From Bacteroidota bacterium (GTDB taxonomy: Bacteria > Bacteroidota > Ignavibacteria > Kapaibacteriales > UBA2268): DNA of 64,000 bases. The stretch is from positions 12,342 to 76,341 of the forward strand of contig JBDQHL010000002.1 of the NCBI GenBank assembly GCA_040264895.1, in the 5' to 3' direction. Below the pieces are notes generated by a model. That model was not told the origin of the DNA. It saw nothing but the letters and a program-made list of their open reading frames with translations, and did no database searches. Below are positions 39,864 to 50,895 of the stretch, piece after piece; the stretch's first letter is position 1; each line of letters opens with the position of its first letter. The position numbers and the translations under genes were made by a program.

Positions 39864-40487
39864 TCATAATCTATTATCCATTATACAATAGTCGCCATCC
39901 TCAATGCCATTGTGGTCAATAGTAAATCCTACGTATGGTCCAAAGTGCTTATATTTCCCGTAAGTTAATAATAATTCACCGTTTACATAACAATCTACAA
40001 CATTTTTTGTGCGAACAACCTTAATTTTATTCCACTGGCCTTTTGGGTTAATAACATTTTTCTGTTGTTTCCATTTTCTAATTTCTTGAGCTTTGCCGCT
40101 CCTTTTACCATTCATATACCTATACTGATTTCCTGAAACTACAATTCTCAAATGCTTATCTGTGTCTGGGTTCCTACTGAATATAAGGCCATATCCCCAA
40201 GTTTCTATACCAGCAGTTTGTTTAATGTCAAACTCAATAATGTAATTCGTGTCTTTTTCTAATAGGGTATGCATAAAAGACCAAGCACTAGATTTCTTTT
40301 CCTTTCTAATATTTTTAATTTTGTAGACACCATTCTTAATTTCAGCATCCAAAAATTTAGATTTACCTACAAACCATTCATTAGGATTACCATCGCTAAA
40401 GTTATCTTCAAATATTACTTTCTGGTTTGTTTGTGCTGATAAACTGATTGTTAGAAGGGCAAATATTGCTAAGACTAAAGATTTCAT
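39864..40487 (-). CDS. secreted DUF1080 (3-keto-disaccharide hydrolase-like / concanavalin fold) protein
   Basis: Signal peptide MKSLVLAIFALLTISLSAQ followed by VIFEDNFSDGNPNEW...W; the start is taken at ATG 40487. Confidence 0.6.
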   Translation of the reverse strand: MKSLVLAIFALLTISLSAQTNQKVIFEDNFSDGNPNEWFVGKSKFLDAEIKNGVYKIKNIRKEKKSSAWSFMHTLLEKDTNYIIEFDIKQTAGIETWGYGLIFSRNPDTDKHLRIVVSGNQYRYMNGKRSGKAQEIRKWKQQKNVINPKGQWNKIKVVRTKNVVDCYVNGELLLTYGKYKHFGPYVGFTIDHNGIEDGDYCIMDNRL

Positions 40488-40604
40488 ATTTCTACTGAAA
40501 TTAATTTTAATTATATAATGATTTGCAAAAGTAAGGATAAAAAAAAGAGTAGCAACCAATTGGTTACTACTCTTATAAAATTAATTGCTGAATGAATCGA
40601 ATTG

Positions 40605-41795
40605 TTACTCTTCGTCTTCAGTTTCTGTCAAGTTTCCTCTTTTCTCTTGGTCTCGTTCTATTGCTTCGAAAAGTGCTTGGAAGTTACCTTGACCAAAGCC
40701 AGTAGCGCCTTTTCTTCTCTGTATTATCTCGTAGAAAAATGTAGGTCTGTCACCAATCGGCTTAGTAAATAGCTGCAATAAGTAACCACCGCTACCTACT
40801 TCTACATCTACTAATATTCCTAACTCTTCTAACTTATCTATGTCTTCTGTTACCAAATCGCCATGCTCTTTGCTCTTCGCTCTAATGTCATCGTAGTAAT
40901 TTTTAGGAGCTCTGTCCAAAAACTCCATTCCGTTAGCACGCAGGTTAGCAACAGTTTTTATAATGTCGGTAGTAGAGAGAGCAATGTGCTGAATACCAGT
41001 ACCATGGTACTGTATTATGTACTCATCTATCTGAGATAATCTCTTTCCTTTATATGGCTCGTTGATTGGGTTTTGTATTACCCCATCTTTAGAGCGTACT
41101 ACTTTAGATAGCAGCGCAGAATATTGAGTAGAGATGTCGCCAGGACCATAGTCAACAAACGTTTCGAAGTCTAAAACCCTGTTGATATAACTTGCCCAAA
41201 AGTCCATTTCATTTACGTGTACATTACCTACTATGTGGTCAATGTGTGTTAGTCCAGTTGCCTTTTTTTCAATTTCGTAGTTCTGAACTGGCTTGTCGAA
41301 ACCAGGTTTGAATAGCCCTTTGTAATTGTCATAGTTAATGAAGTTGATTTCGGCATCGTCATAAAGCTTAATTGCTGCTTGTTCTACATAACCGTCTTCA
41401 TCTTCTAATTTATAAGGTGGCTTTACTGGCACTCCACCATTTTTGATAGCATTTTCATAAGTTTTTTTTACGTCTACTACTTCTAAACACCAACGCTTTA
41501 CACCGTCTCCATGCAAATTTGTAAAAGACATAATGTCTGATGTACTTGGCTGTAAAGAGCAAGTAATCATTATTTTAAGGTTTGTTTTTGTTGCAAGTAG
41601 ATAACTTGCTCTGTCACGAGTACCTGTTTCTGGACCTTGGTAAGCAACTATATCTAAGCCTAATGCTTTAGCGTACCAGTAGGCAGTCATTTTACCAGAG
41701 CCGACATAAAATTCTACGTAGTCGTAGCCACGTATTCCCATCGAGTTGTTTGGAACTTTACTAGGAATTCCACCATAACAAATGTCCATTTCCAT
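40605..41795 (-). CDS. hppD: 4-hydroxyphenylpyruvate dioxygenase
   Basis: 396 aa with HIDHIVGNV, GIQHIAL and GFGQGNFQALFEAIE motifs. Confidence 0.92.
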   Translation of the reverse strand: MEMDICYGGIPSKVPNNSMGIRGYDYVEFYVGSGKMTAYWYAKALGLDIVAYQGPETGTRDRASYLLATKTNLKIMITCSLQPSTSDIMSFTNLHGDGVKRWCLEVVDVKKTYENAIKNGGVPVKPPYKLEDEDGYVEQAAIKLYDDAEINFINYDNYKGLFKPGFDKPVQNYEIEKKATGLTHIDHIVGNVHVNEMDFWASYINRVLDFETFVDYGPGDISTQYSALLSKVVRSKDGVIQNPINEPYKGKRLSQIDEYIIQYHGTGIQHIALSTTDIIKTVANLRANGMEFLDRAPKNYYDDIRAKSKEHGDLVTEDIDKLEELGILVDVEVGSGGYLLQLFTKPIGDRPTFFYEIIQRRKGATGFGQGNFQALFEAIERDQEKRGNLTETEDEE

Positions 41796-41897
41796 GATAA
41801 TATTTCCCTTTTTATTTCTTTAAATTTTGTGCTTTACAAATATACAAAAATTACAGAACCTATTTATATTTTAAATTTAAAGATTGGTTGTTCTAAT

Positions 41898-44805
41898 ATG
41901 TCATACAAAAGCAAAGAATACAAAAGGATACACACAGTACTGTGGTTATTTTATGGGTTTTTTCTTCTAATAATTTTAGCATCCGCCTATATTTCTATAT
42001 CTGAATTACAGAGAGCCGATATATTGACTCATAATTTCAAATCAATGAACTAAGTTTACTATGCATTCGATGAGTTGTCAGAAGATACTCTTAGCTATGA
42101 TTATAGAAAACAAATACTTAATAAGGTTAAGAATAGCTTAGAATCAATAGACGAAATAAATTATGAAAAAAATCAGATTCTCTACGAGAATATCAAGCTT
42201 CACATAGGTGAGTACGAGGAATTTTTAAAATACAAATGAAAACCACAATACAAATTTAGAAAGCCAAATTAAAGAACGGATTAAAAAGTTTGTAGAGAAT
42301 ATATATAGTGATGAAGTTGAAAATTTGAATCAAACTAAAAAAATAGATTTAATTCTGATCTTAGTGGTTGTGCTTACATTGACTATTGTACTATTGTTAG
42401 TGGTATTCCCAGTAATAAAAAAATCAGACAGACTCACAACTAAGCTAAGAGCAACAAGCAACGAGAAAGAAGTTGCCTTGATGAATCTAAAAAAGCAAAC
42501 TCACGAATTATTTCTTAGAGAAGAAAGATTTAGCTCAATTGCCGAGCTTTCTCCAGTTGGATTGTACATGACAGATGCAGATGGTAGCTGCGAATATGTG
42601 AATGAACGATATAGTAAATTAATAGGATTAAGCATTGAAGAATGCATGGGGGAAGGGTGGAAGGATGGACTACACCCAGACGATAAGGTAAGAATATTCA
42701 AAACGTGGTATGAATCTGTAGCAAACAACGACCCAGTTTATATCAATGAATATAGGACTGCTAAAACAAATAGAGATATTTCTGTCAAAGCTAAAGCACT
42801 TAGAACTAAAGATGGAGAGATATATGCATTTTTAGGAGTGATAGAACCTGTACTGATTGAATTAATAAATAAGGATGGAAGTGTAAAAAAGGTAGAATTC
42901 AGATACAGAAATACCAAAAGTACTGAAATATGGGGGTTAATTGATAAAACTGAAATATTAAGATTAGAAGCGGAAAAAGAAAAAATGTCTGAAATGTATG
43001 ATCTGATACTTAATGCAACTAAAATTGGTGTTTGGAACTGGGATTCAAATAATAATAAAGCGACTTGGAATGACTCACTATTTGACTTACTTGGTAGAGA
43101 AAGAACATCTGAAAATCTTTTTAAAACCTATATGGAAAGAGTTCATGAGGATGACAAACAAACAGTTTTAGATAATAACATCAAATTAATGAAAGGCGTA
43201 TTAGATGAGGTTGTATCTAATTTTAAATTTATTAGACCAGACGGTGAACTAATATACTTAAGGTCTATTGCAAAAGTTGAGCGAGACAATGAGGGTAAAA
43301 CCGAGAGAATGTATGGAATAAATATTGATATTGCTGAAGAGAAACAGTATGAGAAGAATCTAGTAGTTGCGAAAGAAAAGGCTGATGCCGCTAATAATGC
43401 CAAATCAATCTTTTTAGCTAATATGAGCCACGAAATAAGAACACCTATGAACGCCATACTTGGGTTTGCTGAAATTCTGAAAAACAAAAATGAATCTCCT
43501 GAGTTAGAGAATTATATAGATGGAATTACCAAAGGTGGAAACACATTATTGTCTCTGATAAATGACATATCAGATATATCGAAGATAGAAGCAAATAAGA
43601 TGACTCTAAAAAATTCAGTAACAAACTTTGAATTGTTACTTGATGATATAGATAAGATATTCACGATTGTAGCTAACAAGAAAGGTATTAAGTTTAGTAT
43701 AGAAATGCTACCTACCACCCCAAAATATATGCTGTTAGATCAAACGAAAGTGAAACAAATATTAATAAATCTTATAGGTAATGCTATTAAGTTCACTGAG
43801 ATGGGTAGTGTAAAATTAGACATAAATTATAAACAAAATCCATCTGATGTTTCTAAAATGGATTTATATCTTGAAGTATCTGATACAGGCAAAGGTATAG
43901 AAGAAAAATATTTGGATAAGATATTTGATCCATTTACACAAGAAGATAACAGAGATAACAAGGAGTATGAAGGAACTGGATTAGGGCTTTCTATAGTTAA
44001 AAAGCTTACAGAACTATATGATGGTGATACTAAAGTAGATACAGAAGTTGGAGTGGGAAGTACGTTCAAAGTAAGGCTAAATGGTATTTCAATTTCAATT
44101 CTAAAGCCAAAAAAGTTCACAAACTTAGAACAACACCAAATTGACAATTTAGATTTTAATAATTTGAACATACTTTTTGCGGAAGACATAGAGTCAAATA
44201 GACAGGTTATTAAAGGTTTGCTTTCTAATTCAAATCTAAATCTATTTTTCGCAGAAAATGGAGAAGAAGCCCTGAAAATTGCAAGGGAGAATGAGATTTC
44301 TTTAGGTTTCATTGATCTACATATGCCAGTAATGGATGGAAGAACAATGGCAAGAATATGGAAGGAAGATGATAGTTTAAATAAAATTCCAATTGTAGCC
44401 TTAACAGCAGAAATGAGAGATACAAATTCCGATTCTGATGATCTATTTTCAGATTATTTGACAAAACCAGTCTCAGGTATTGACCTATACAGAGCTATAG
44501 CCAAATTTGTTAGTCCTGATTCGGATATTAATTTGAGTAATACTGGAAACAAAACAATAATTATCAAATTAGACGATAATATCATAGATGAAATAAAGGA
44601 AAAGAATCTTTATGGTATTGTTCAAGAGTCAATTAAAATAGTAAACACAAAAGAACTAAGATATTTGATTACAGAATTGCAAACTATCTCAGACTAAAAT
44701 GATGATGACTATTTGAAATCAATTACTAATGAATTAGAGTTAGCTCTTAATTCATTTAACATGGATAAGATAAAATCTTCCCTATTGTTAATCACCAACA
44801 ATTAA
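41898..44805 (+). pseudogene. hybrid sensor histidine kinase (TM, sensor, TM, 2xPAS, HisKA, HATPase, REC) with two in-frame TAA codons and one frameshift
   Basis: The ATG at 41898 gives a TM helix, then TAA at 42051-42053, then VYYAFDEL... in the same frame. The frame changes at 42229-42239 into the 790-aa ORF (H-box SHEIRTPMNAILGF, GTGLGLSIV, REC DLHMPVMDG). TAA at 44695-44697 is followed in frame by NDDDYLKSITNELELALNSFNMDKIKSSLLLITNN. Confidence 0.75.
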
Positions 44806-44927
44806 ATACAAACCCTCCAAATGTAAGCTAAAATACTTTAATGTCCTTAAGTTGTTGCCAATTATAATGCAAGAGTATTATATTCGTAGTCTATAAAAAA
44901 TCTATATTTAAAAAAAGGTATTTAAAA

Positions 44928-46235
44928 GTGAAAAAATTATATATAATTATGGCGGTTCTACTAAGCGGCTCTTTTGCTCTATTTACTCAGGTAGAATTAG
45001 TAGAAGAAGTTACAATCGATATAAATGACCAAAGAACTTTAGACGCATTTTACGACTTTCAACAGAACAATGTAATAACAGCGGAAGCAGAAAATTGGGA
45101 CATCTCGTTTATGAATGCACTATCGAGTGCAATCAGAATAAATGGTGGTCAAGGTGTTCGTTTGTGGCATGTTACAGATGGTAGTATTGATGATTTCAAT
45201 CAACCATTGGATACTACTGGTAAGTTCGAAGTTTGGGAAGAGCTATACAATTCAACTGATGAATGGGAAATAGGTGCGTTCAATATGGGAAATAATGGCT
45301 TCTCTGACGAAACTCCAGGTGAGTTTGGTTGGGGACAATATAGCCAAACGGTAGTAAGTGGTACTGAGCTATTTGTAATAAAACTAAGAAATGGAGACTA
45401 CAAAAAGATTGCAATAGATGAATTAAGCTCTGGTACGTTCTATTTCTTCTTTTCTGACCTAAATAATGAGAATGTTGAAAATGTAGAATTCTCAAAATCA
45501 AGTTTTGCTGGTAAAATGAATGGTTACTATGATTTGGAGAATGGTGTAGAAGTAGATAGAGAGCCTATGACTGAAGAGTGGAATATGGTTTTTAGTAAGT
45601 ACACACAAATAGTTGAAGGCCAAGGAGTAGTACAACCATATCCAGTAGTTGGTGTTAGAACTAAAAACAATATTATGGTTGCTCAACTAGACGGAATAGA
45701 GATAGTAGAAGACAAGTTCGATATGCCAAGTGAACTAAACTACACAACTTCTATCACAGAAATTGGCCATGATTGGAAAGAGTTAAATTTCTCTACTTTC
45801 GAATATGAAATGGTAGAAGGTCGTGTTTATATAGCTCAAGAATTCACGCCAACTCAAGACGGTGAAAACGTTCCTATTGGTGCCCCTGTTGCTATTAGAT
45901 TCACTGAATTCACTGGTGGCAAATTTGTATTCAAAACTAATGACATTACTCTTTCTGTTAATCAATATGATTACGACGAGAACCAATTTGCGATCTATCC
46001 AAATGTTGTAGAAAGAGGAGAAAATATTAATATGATTTATACTGGTTCTGATTTGGGTGCTGCTAATTTGAATATATATTCTTCTACTGGCGAACTAGTA
46101 ACAAGCAAATCAATTGAGCTAAACAAGAACCTACAGATTAACAATATAAATGCCAATAACATGAGTGCTGGCGTTTACTTTGTTAGAATAGAAAGCAACA
46201 ATTCAATCTACACACAGAAGTTTATCGTAAAGTAA
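44928..46235 (+). CDS. HmuY-like protein with a T9SS C-terminal sorting domain
   Basis: WDISF/WNMVFSKYT HmuY-type repeats, with the C-terminus IYPNVVERGENINMIY...MSAGVYFVRIESNNSIYTQKFIVK. Confidence 0.65.
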   Translation: MKKLYIIMAVLLSGSFALFTQVELVEEVTIDINDQRTLDAFYDFQQNNVITAEAENWDISFMNALSSAIRINGGQGVRLWHVTDGSIDDFNQPLDTTGKFEVWEELYNSTDEWEIGAFNMGNNGFSDETPGEFGWGQYSQTVVSGTELFVIKLRNGDYKKIAIDELSSGTFYFFFSDLNNENVENVEFSKSSFAGKMNGYYDLENGVEVDREPMTEEWNMVFSKYTQIVEGQGVVQPYPVVGVRTKNNIMVAQLDGIEIVEDKFDMPSELNYTTSITEIGHDWKELNFSTFEYEMVEGRVYIAQEFTPTQDGENVPIGAPVAIRFTEFTGGKFVFKTNDITLSVNQYDYDENQFAIYPNVVERGENINMIYTGSDLGAANLNIYSSTGELVTSKSIELNKNLQINNINANNMSAGVYFVRIESNNSIYTQKFIVK

Positions 46236-46236
46236 G

Positions 46237-48435
46237 TTGAAGATTAACACTTACATAGTTATTTTTTTTCTTGCTACTTTTGGTCTATTAGCCAAAGGTA
46301 GCTTGAAAGTTAAAGATAAAAAAACAAAAGAAACGTTGATTTCTGCTTCGGTTATGTTTGTTAATTTAAACCCAAATAAATTAGATTCTAACTTCAGGAA
46401 GACTGATGCTTATGGTTCAGTTACAATTCCTTATGACTCAGCTTTAGCCAAAGTGTCTTACTTAGGTTATGAACCAGTGGAAATAAAAACTTATAAAACC
46501 ACTAAGAACTTAGCTTTACTCAAGCAAGTGTCAATCCTATATTCTGAAATTGTTACTACTGGACAATATTCACCCACCCTTAGTACAAACTCAATAATTA
46601 AAGTTGATGTACTTGACCGAGATTTTATTGAAAGTAAGGCTGCAAACAACCTAAGTGATTTATTACTACAAGAGGGTGCAATAAATATCAATCAAGATGC
46701 ACAATTAGGTAGCAACTTATCTATCAATGGCCTTGGTGGTGAAAACGTTAAAATATTGATCGACGGTATTCCTGTGATTGGTAGAACTAACGGTAATATT
46801 GACTTAAGTCAACTTAGCTTAACAAATATTGATAGGGTAGAAATAGTTAAAGGTCCTATGTCAACTCTTTATGGAACCGATGCACTTGGTGGTGTAATAA
46901 ACCTAATCTCATCTAAAGAAAATGAAGACAGCTTTTCCGCAAATGCACGTGGGATGTACGAATCAGTTGGTAGATATAATCTGGATGTAGGTGTTAATGG
47001 AAGTATTAGTGACGGTTACGCAAGTCTTAATCTAGGACGCCACTTTTTCGGAGGGTTTGCTCCTACTAATAACTCACGCTCTAAGCTCTGGAAACCAAAA
47101 GAGCAGTATTTTGCTGACGTAGATATAAAAACTACATACGGTGGGACTGACATAAGATACAAAGGTAGTTATTTTGATGAACTATTGGTTTCAAAAGGTC
47201 AGCCTATTGCTCCATATTTTGAGGGAGCTTTCGATAATAAGTACAGTACTAATAGATTCAACAATGCTATTTTTATTTCGAAACAATTACAGAATAATAA
47301 GAATTATAATTTATCTTTTTCACATTCAGATTATACAAGGTCGAGAAATACATTTTTCAAAGATCTGGTTACTCTAGACGAGGTGATTACTGGAGATGAA
47401 TCTGAACAGGACACAACCAGGTTCAATTCTATCAATATTCGAGCAGCATTCTTTGATGAATTTTTGAATGATAATCTTGGGTATAATGTTGGGATAGATT
47501 TTAACTTAGACAATGGTTCTGGTGGAAGAATAGAGGGCACTCCAGTAATAAATGACTATGCTGCATATATATCTACAAAGTATATAATTGAAGATTTGCT
47601 TACTATTCAACCTGCAATGAGAGTTATATATAACACAAAATATGATGCACCTCTGATACCTGCTTTGAACTTAATGTCTGATCTGACAGATGAACTGACG
47701 GTTCGTGCCTCTTATGCAAAAGGATTCCGGGCACCATCACTTAAAGAATTATATTTCTTTTTCGTAGACGCAAGCCATAATATTCAAGGGAATCAAGATT
47801 TGAATGCTGAGAGCTCAGATGCATTTAATTTAGGGTTTGCATACACTTTAGTGAATAATAAAAGGGTGTTAAAATTCGAACCAAACTTCTATTATAATGC
47901 TATTGAAAATAAAATTAACTTAGCAAATGTACAAGGTGATTTGTTCACTTATATCAATATAGGTCAGCACAGAACTATAGGTACCAATACTACGTTGAAG
48001 TATATATACGACGACTTCTATAACAAGATTGGTTTCAACTATATAGGTACAGAAAACTTTATTGATGGAGTTTCTAATGGTGTTCAGTACACGCCAGAAG
48101 TTACATTCAATTCATCGTGGGAGTCAGATTTTTGGGACTTAAAGTTTTCAATTTTCTATAAGTTTACTGGAGAATCACCCGGGTTTGTACTAAATGATCA
48201 AGAAGAAATTGAGAATTTTACGATTGATTCATACCATAATATGGATGCAACGATTATGAGAAAATTTGAAGATTTGGGATTGTCTTTTTCAGTTGGTGCT
48301 ATTAATATATTTGATGTTACTACTGTTAATAGCAATCAAATTCAACAGGGTGGAACAGGTCACTCTGGTGGCTCAGCAGCATTGCCTGTGGGATATGGAA
48401 GAACAGTTTTTGCAAAATTTGAACTGGATATATAA
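46237..48435 (+). CDS. TonB-dependent outer-membrane receptor (heme-receptor context)
   Basis: CarboxypepD_reg-like N-terminus, plug (IDRVEIVKGPMSTLYGTDALGGVINLIS), a beta-barrel, and a terminal aromatic residue (FAKFELDI). TTG start. Confidence 0.88.
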   Translation: MKINTYIVIFFLATFGLLAKGSLKVKDKKTKETLISASVMFVNLNPNKLDSNFRKTDAYGSVTIPYDSALAKVSYLGYEPVEIKTYKTTKNLALLKQVSILYSEIVTTGQYSPTLSTNSIIKVDVLDRDFIESKAANNLSDLLLQEGAININQDAQLGSNLSINGLGGENVKILIDGIPVIGRTNGNIDLSQLSLTNIDRVEIVKGPMSTLYGTDALGGVINLISSKENEDSFSANARGMYESVGRYNLDVGVNGSISDGYASLNLGRHFFGGFAPTNNSRSKLWKPKEQYFADVDIKTTYGGTDIRYKGSYFDELLVSKGQPIAPYFEGAFDNKYSTNRFNNAIFISKQLQNNKNYNLSFSHSDYTRSRNTFFKDLVTLDEVITGDESEQDTTRFNSINIRAAFFDEFLNDNLGYNVGIDFNLDNGSGGRIEGTPVINDYAAYISTKYIIEDLLTIQPAMRVIYNTKYDAPLIPALNLMSDLTDELTVRASYAKGFRAPSLKELYFFFVDASHNIQGNQDLNAESSDAFNLGFAYTLVNNKRVLKFEPNFYYNAIENKINLANVQGDLFTYINIGQHRTIGTNTTLKYIYDDFYNKIGFNYIGTENFIDGVSNGVQYTPEVTFNSSWESDFWDLKFSIFYKFTGESPGFVLNDQEEIENFTIDSYHNMDATIMRKFEDLGLSFSVGAINIFDVTTVNSNQIQQGGTGHSGGSAALPVGYGRTVFAKFELDI

Positions 48436-49439
48436 TGAAAAAACTAATATTACTTTTAGCTATTTCTGTATTCCTGACATCGTGCTTCGACGAAGACATA
48501 GCTGTTACCCCTTTGGATAGGGGCGACGTTGTTTCGAATCAAGTCGAAATGATGGGCAAATATGAGAATCAAGTATATTTTGATTTAGGTAGTAACACTA
48601 CTGTGAGCACTAATAAATATGGTGAATGGGATTTAGGATTCCAGTCATATGATAGCTATCATATAAGATTAAACTCTGCTAGAAATATGGCAGTCCAAGA
48701 TTTAGGAAAAGTTGACTTTGCTTCAGTTAATGCAGAGTCAGATGAGATAGAATACAAGAGAGATGTACCAAGTGGTAACAAAGATTCAATGGTTATTGGT
48801 AAGTGGTGGTTGGAAGAAAACGGAGAACTAATAAGTAAAGAACATGTTTATATAGTAGACAGAAAAAGAAGCCATGATCGTACCAGAGGTGGGTTAAGAA
48901 AGATTAAAATTCTATCTGCAAATGAAAATAAATTTGTATTTATATTCGCAGAGTTAAATTCGTCTGAGTCTGACACAGTAGTAGTACCAAGAAATGAAAT
49001 GTATAATTTTATTACTGTATCACTTGATGGAAAAGGAAGTGTTACAAATTTGGAACCTAGGTCAGATGAATGGGACATAGTATTTACAAAATACACAGAA
49101 CTTTTCGATGTGCCAGGCTTTGAAGTTTACCCTGTCACGGGAGCGTTAATTAATACCAGATATTGCGAGGTAGTAGAAGCAGATAGTACAATTTCTTTTG
49201 ATGAATTGACAAGCGAATCTATTGGGGAATATGTATTAACTAATAAACGCGATGAAATCGGTTGGGATTGGAAACAAGTTGATATCAACACTGGTGTATA
49301 TACTGTCAATCCATTAAAGAAATATATTATTAGCGATACAGAAGGTTTTTATTATAAACTTAGATTTATAGGCTTCCAAAAAATTGTGGACGGAAAAGCA
49401 GAAAAGGGTTACCCCGAATTTGAAATTAAATTATTATAA
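48435..49439 (+). CDS. hmuY: HmuY-family lipoprotein
   Basis: Lipobox LTSC, plus GEWDLGFQS, WDIVFTKYTELF and GFYYKLRFIGF patterns. Confidence 0.7.
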   Translation: MKKLILLLAISVFLTSCFDEDIAVTPLDRGDVVSNQVEMMGKYENQVYFDLGSNTTVSTNKYGEWDLGFQSYDSYHIRLNSARNMAVQDLGKVDFASVNAESDEIEYKRDVPSGNKDSMVIGKWWLEENGELISKEHVYIVDRKRSHDRTRGGLRKIKILSANENKFVFIFAELNSSESDTVVVPRNEMYNFITVSLDGKGSVTNLEPRSDEWDIVFTKYTELFDVPGFEVYPVTGALINTRYCEVVEADSTISFDELTSESIGEYVLTNKRDEIGWDWKQVDINTGVYTVNPLKKYIISDTEGFYYKLRFIGFQKIVDGKAEKGYPEFEIKLL

Positions 49440-49455
49440 AACGATTGATTAGTTT

Positions 49456-50493
49456 ATGTCAGTTACTAAATTGAAAGAACAATACGAAGAAGTAAAAGCA
49501 AACAACCCAGGCCTAAGAATTAAGGAATATGCTGATTTAATCGGTATAACTGAATTAGAATTATTAGCTTCGGGTCTTCATGATAAAGCAACTAAATTAG
49601 ATGATAAACCAGTTGAGATTTACAAACACTTGCCTGAGTTAGGTAGGTTAATGGTACTGACTAGAAATGAGTCTGCAGTTCACGAGCGAAAAGGTGTCTT
49701 CAATGAAGTACAAATGCATGGGACAATGGGTCTAGTAGTTGGTTCTGATATTGATTTACGTATATTCTTTGATGATTGGAAGTACGTGTACAATGTAGAA
49801 AAAGAACACAGAGGCAAACTACTTAGGTCTATTCAGTTCTTCAACAAGTATGGTAAAGCTGCTCAGAAAGTATATTTGACTGACGATAGCAATGAAGAAG
49901 CATACAGAATGCTGATTGATGGATTCAAAACTGAAAATACTGAAATACCCGTTGTTGAAAAAGGTGCGAAACCAAAGAACTATAATAATGTTGAAGATAT
50001 AGACTTTGATAAGGCAATTAGAGATTGGAACAAATTGGACGACACTCACAACTTCCAAGCTATATTGGATAGCCAGAATATAAGAAGGCTGGACCTAATG
50101 AAGCGAGCTCCAGATGAACTCGCTTGTCGTGTTCCTAACGATGCTGTAATTGATATTCTATACTCAGCAGTTGAGACAGAAACTCCAATAATGGCTTTTG
50201 TTGCTAATGATGATTTGATTCAGATTCATACAGGTGAGGTTCACAATATAAGACTTATTGAAAACTGGACTAATGTAATGGACCCAGATTTCAACTTACA
50301 CCTTCGCAATGATTTAGTTGCAGAATCGTATGTAGTCAAAAAACCAGGTGATGCTGGTGGTACAATTACATCGCTCGAATTATACGATATGGATGACGAA
50401 CTTGCTATAACTTTCTTCGGTAAGAGAAAGCCAGGTATTCCTGAGTTAGAGAGCTGGAGAGAGATAATTGCTAAATTGGAAAAAGCAGATTAA
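49456..50493 (+). CDS. hemS: hemin-degrading/transport factor, ChuS/HemS/HmuS family
   Basis: 345 aa with two-repeat architecture (RLMVLTRNESAVHERKGVF... / IMAFVANDDLIQIHTGEV...). Confidence 0.85.
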   Translation: MSVTKLKEQYEEVKANNPGLRIKEYADLIGITELELLASGLHDKATKLDDKPVEIYKHLPELGRLMVLTRNESAVHERKGVFNEVQMHGTMGLVVGSDIDLRIFFDDWKYVYNVEKEHRGKLLRSIQFFNKYGKAAQKVYLTDDSNEEAYRMLIDGFKTENTEIPVVEKGAKPKNYNNVEDIDFDKAIRDWNKLDDTHNFQAILDSQNIRRLDLMKRAPDELACRVPNDAVIDILYSAVETETPIMAFVANDDLIQIHTGEVHNIRLIENWTNVMDPDFNLHLRNDLVAESYVVKKPGDAGGTITSLELYDMDDELAITFFGKRKPGIPELESWREIIAKLEKAD

Positions 50494-50495
50494 TT

Positions 50496-50831
50496 ATGAG
50501 TAAGATTGATAAAATAGTAAATGTTTTGAAAGAGAGGTGGGGTGTTAGCTCTGCATTCGATGTAGTTGTTATTCTTATTGTATTTGCTATAACTGGAATG
50601 TCGTCATTATACGTCAGCAAATTCGTATTTGAGGCACTTAACCTAACTTCTGATGACCCATTTTGGCTAAGAGCAATTGTTTATATATTTACTGTTTTGC
50701 CTGCTTACCAAGTTATACTTTTCATTGTAGGTACTTTGCTCGGACAGGGCAAGTTCGTTCGCAGCTTCCTTAAGATGATGTTTGGTCGCCTTACTTTTTG
50801 GAAGAAGAAGAAAAAGACAAAAGAAATTTAA
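50496..50831 (+). CDS. small two-TM membrane protein, last gene of the heme locus
   Basis: 111 aa with two hydrophobic helices; only a 2-nt gap after hemS. Confidence 0.5.
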   Translation: MSKIDKIVNVLKERWGVSSAFDVVVILIVFAITGMSSLYVSKFVFEALNLTSDDPFWLRAIVYIFTVLPAYQVILFIVGTLLGQGKFVRSFLKMMFGRLTFWKKKKKTKEI

Positions 50832-50895
50832 ACTTCCCATTTGCAAAAAAATCATTAATTTGTAGCTACACTTCATAATACAACAGGAAAAAGCT

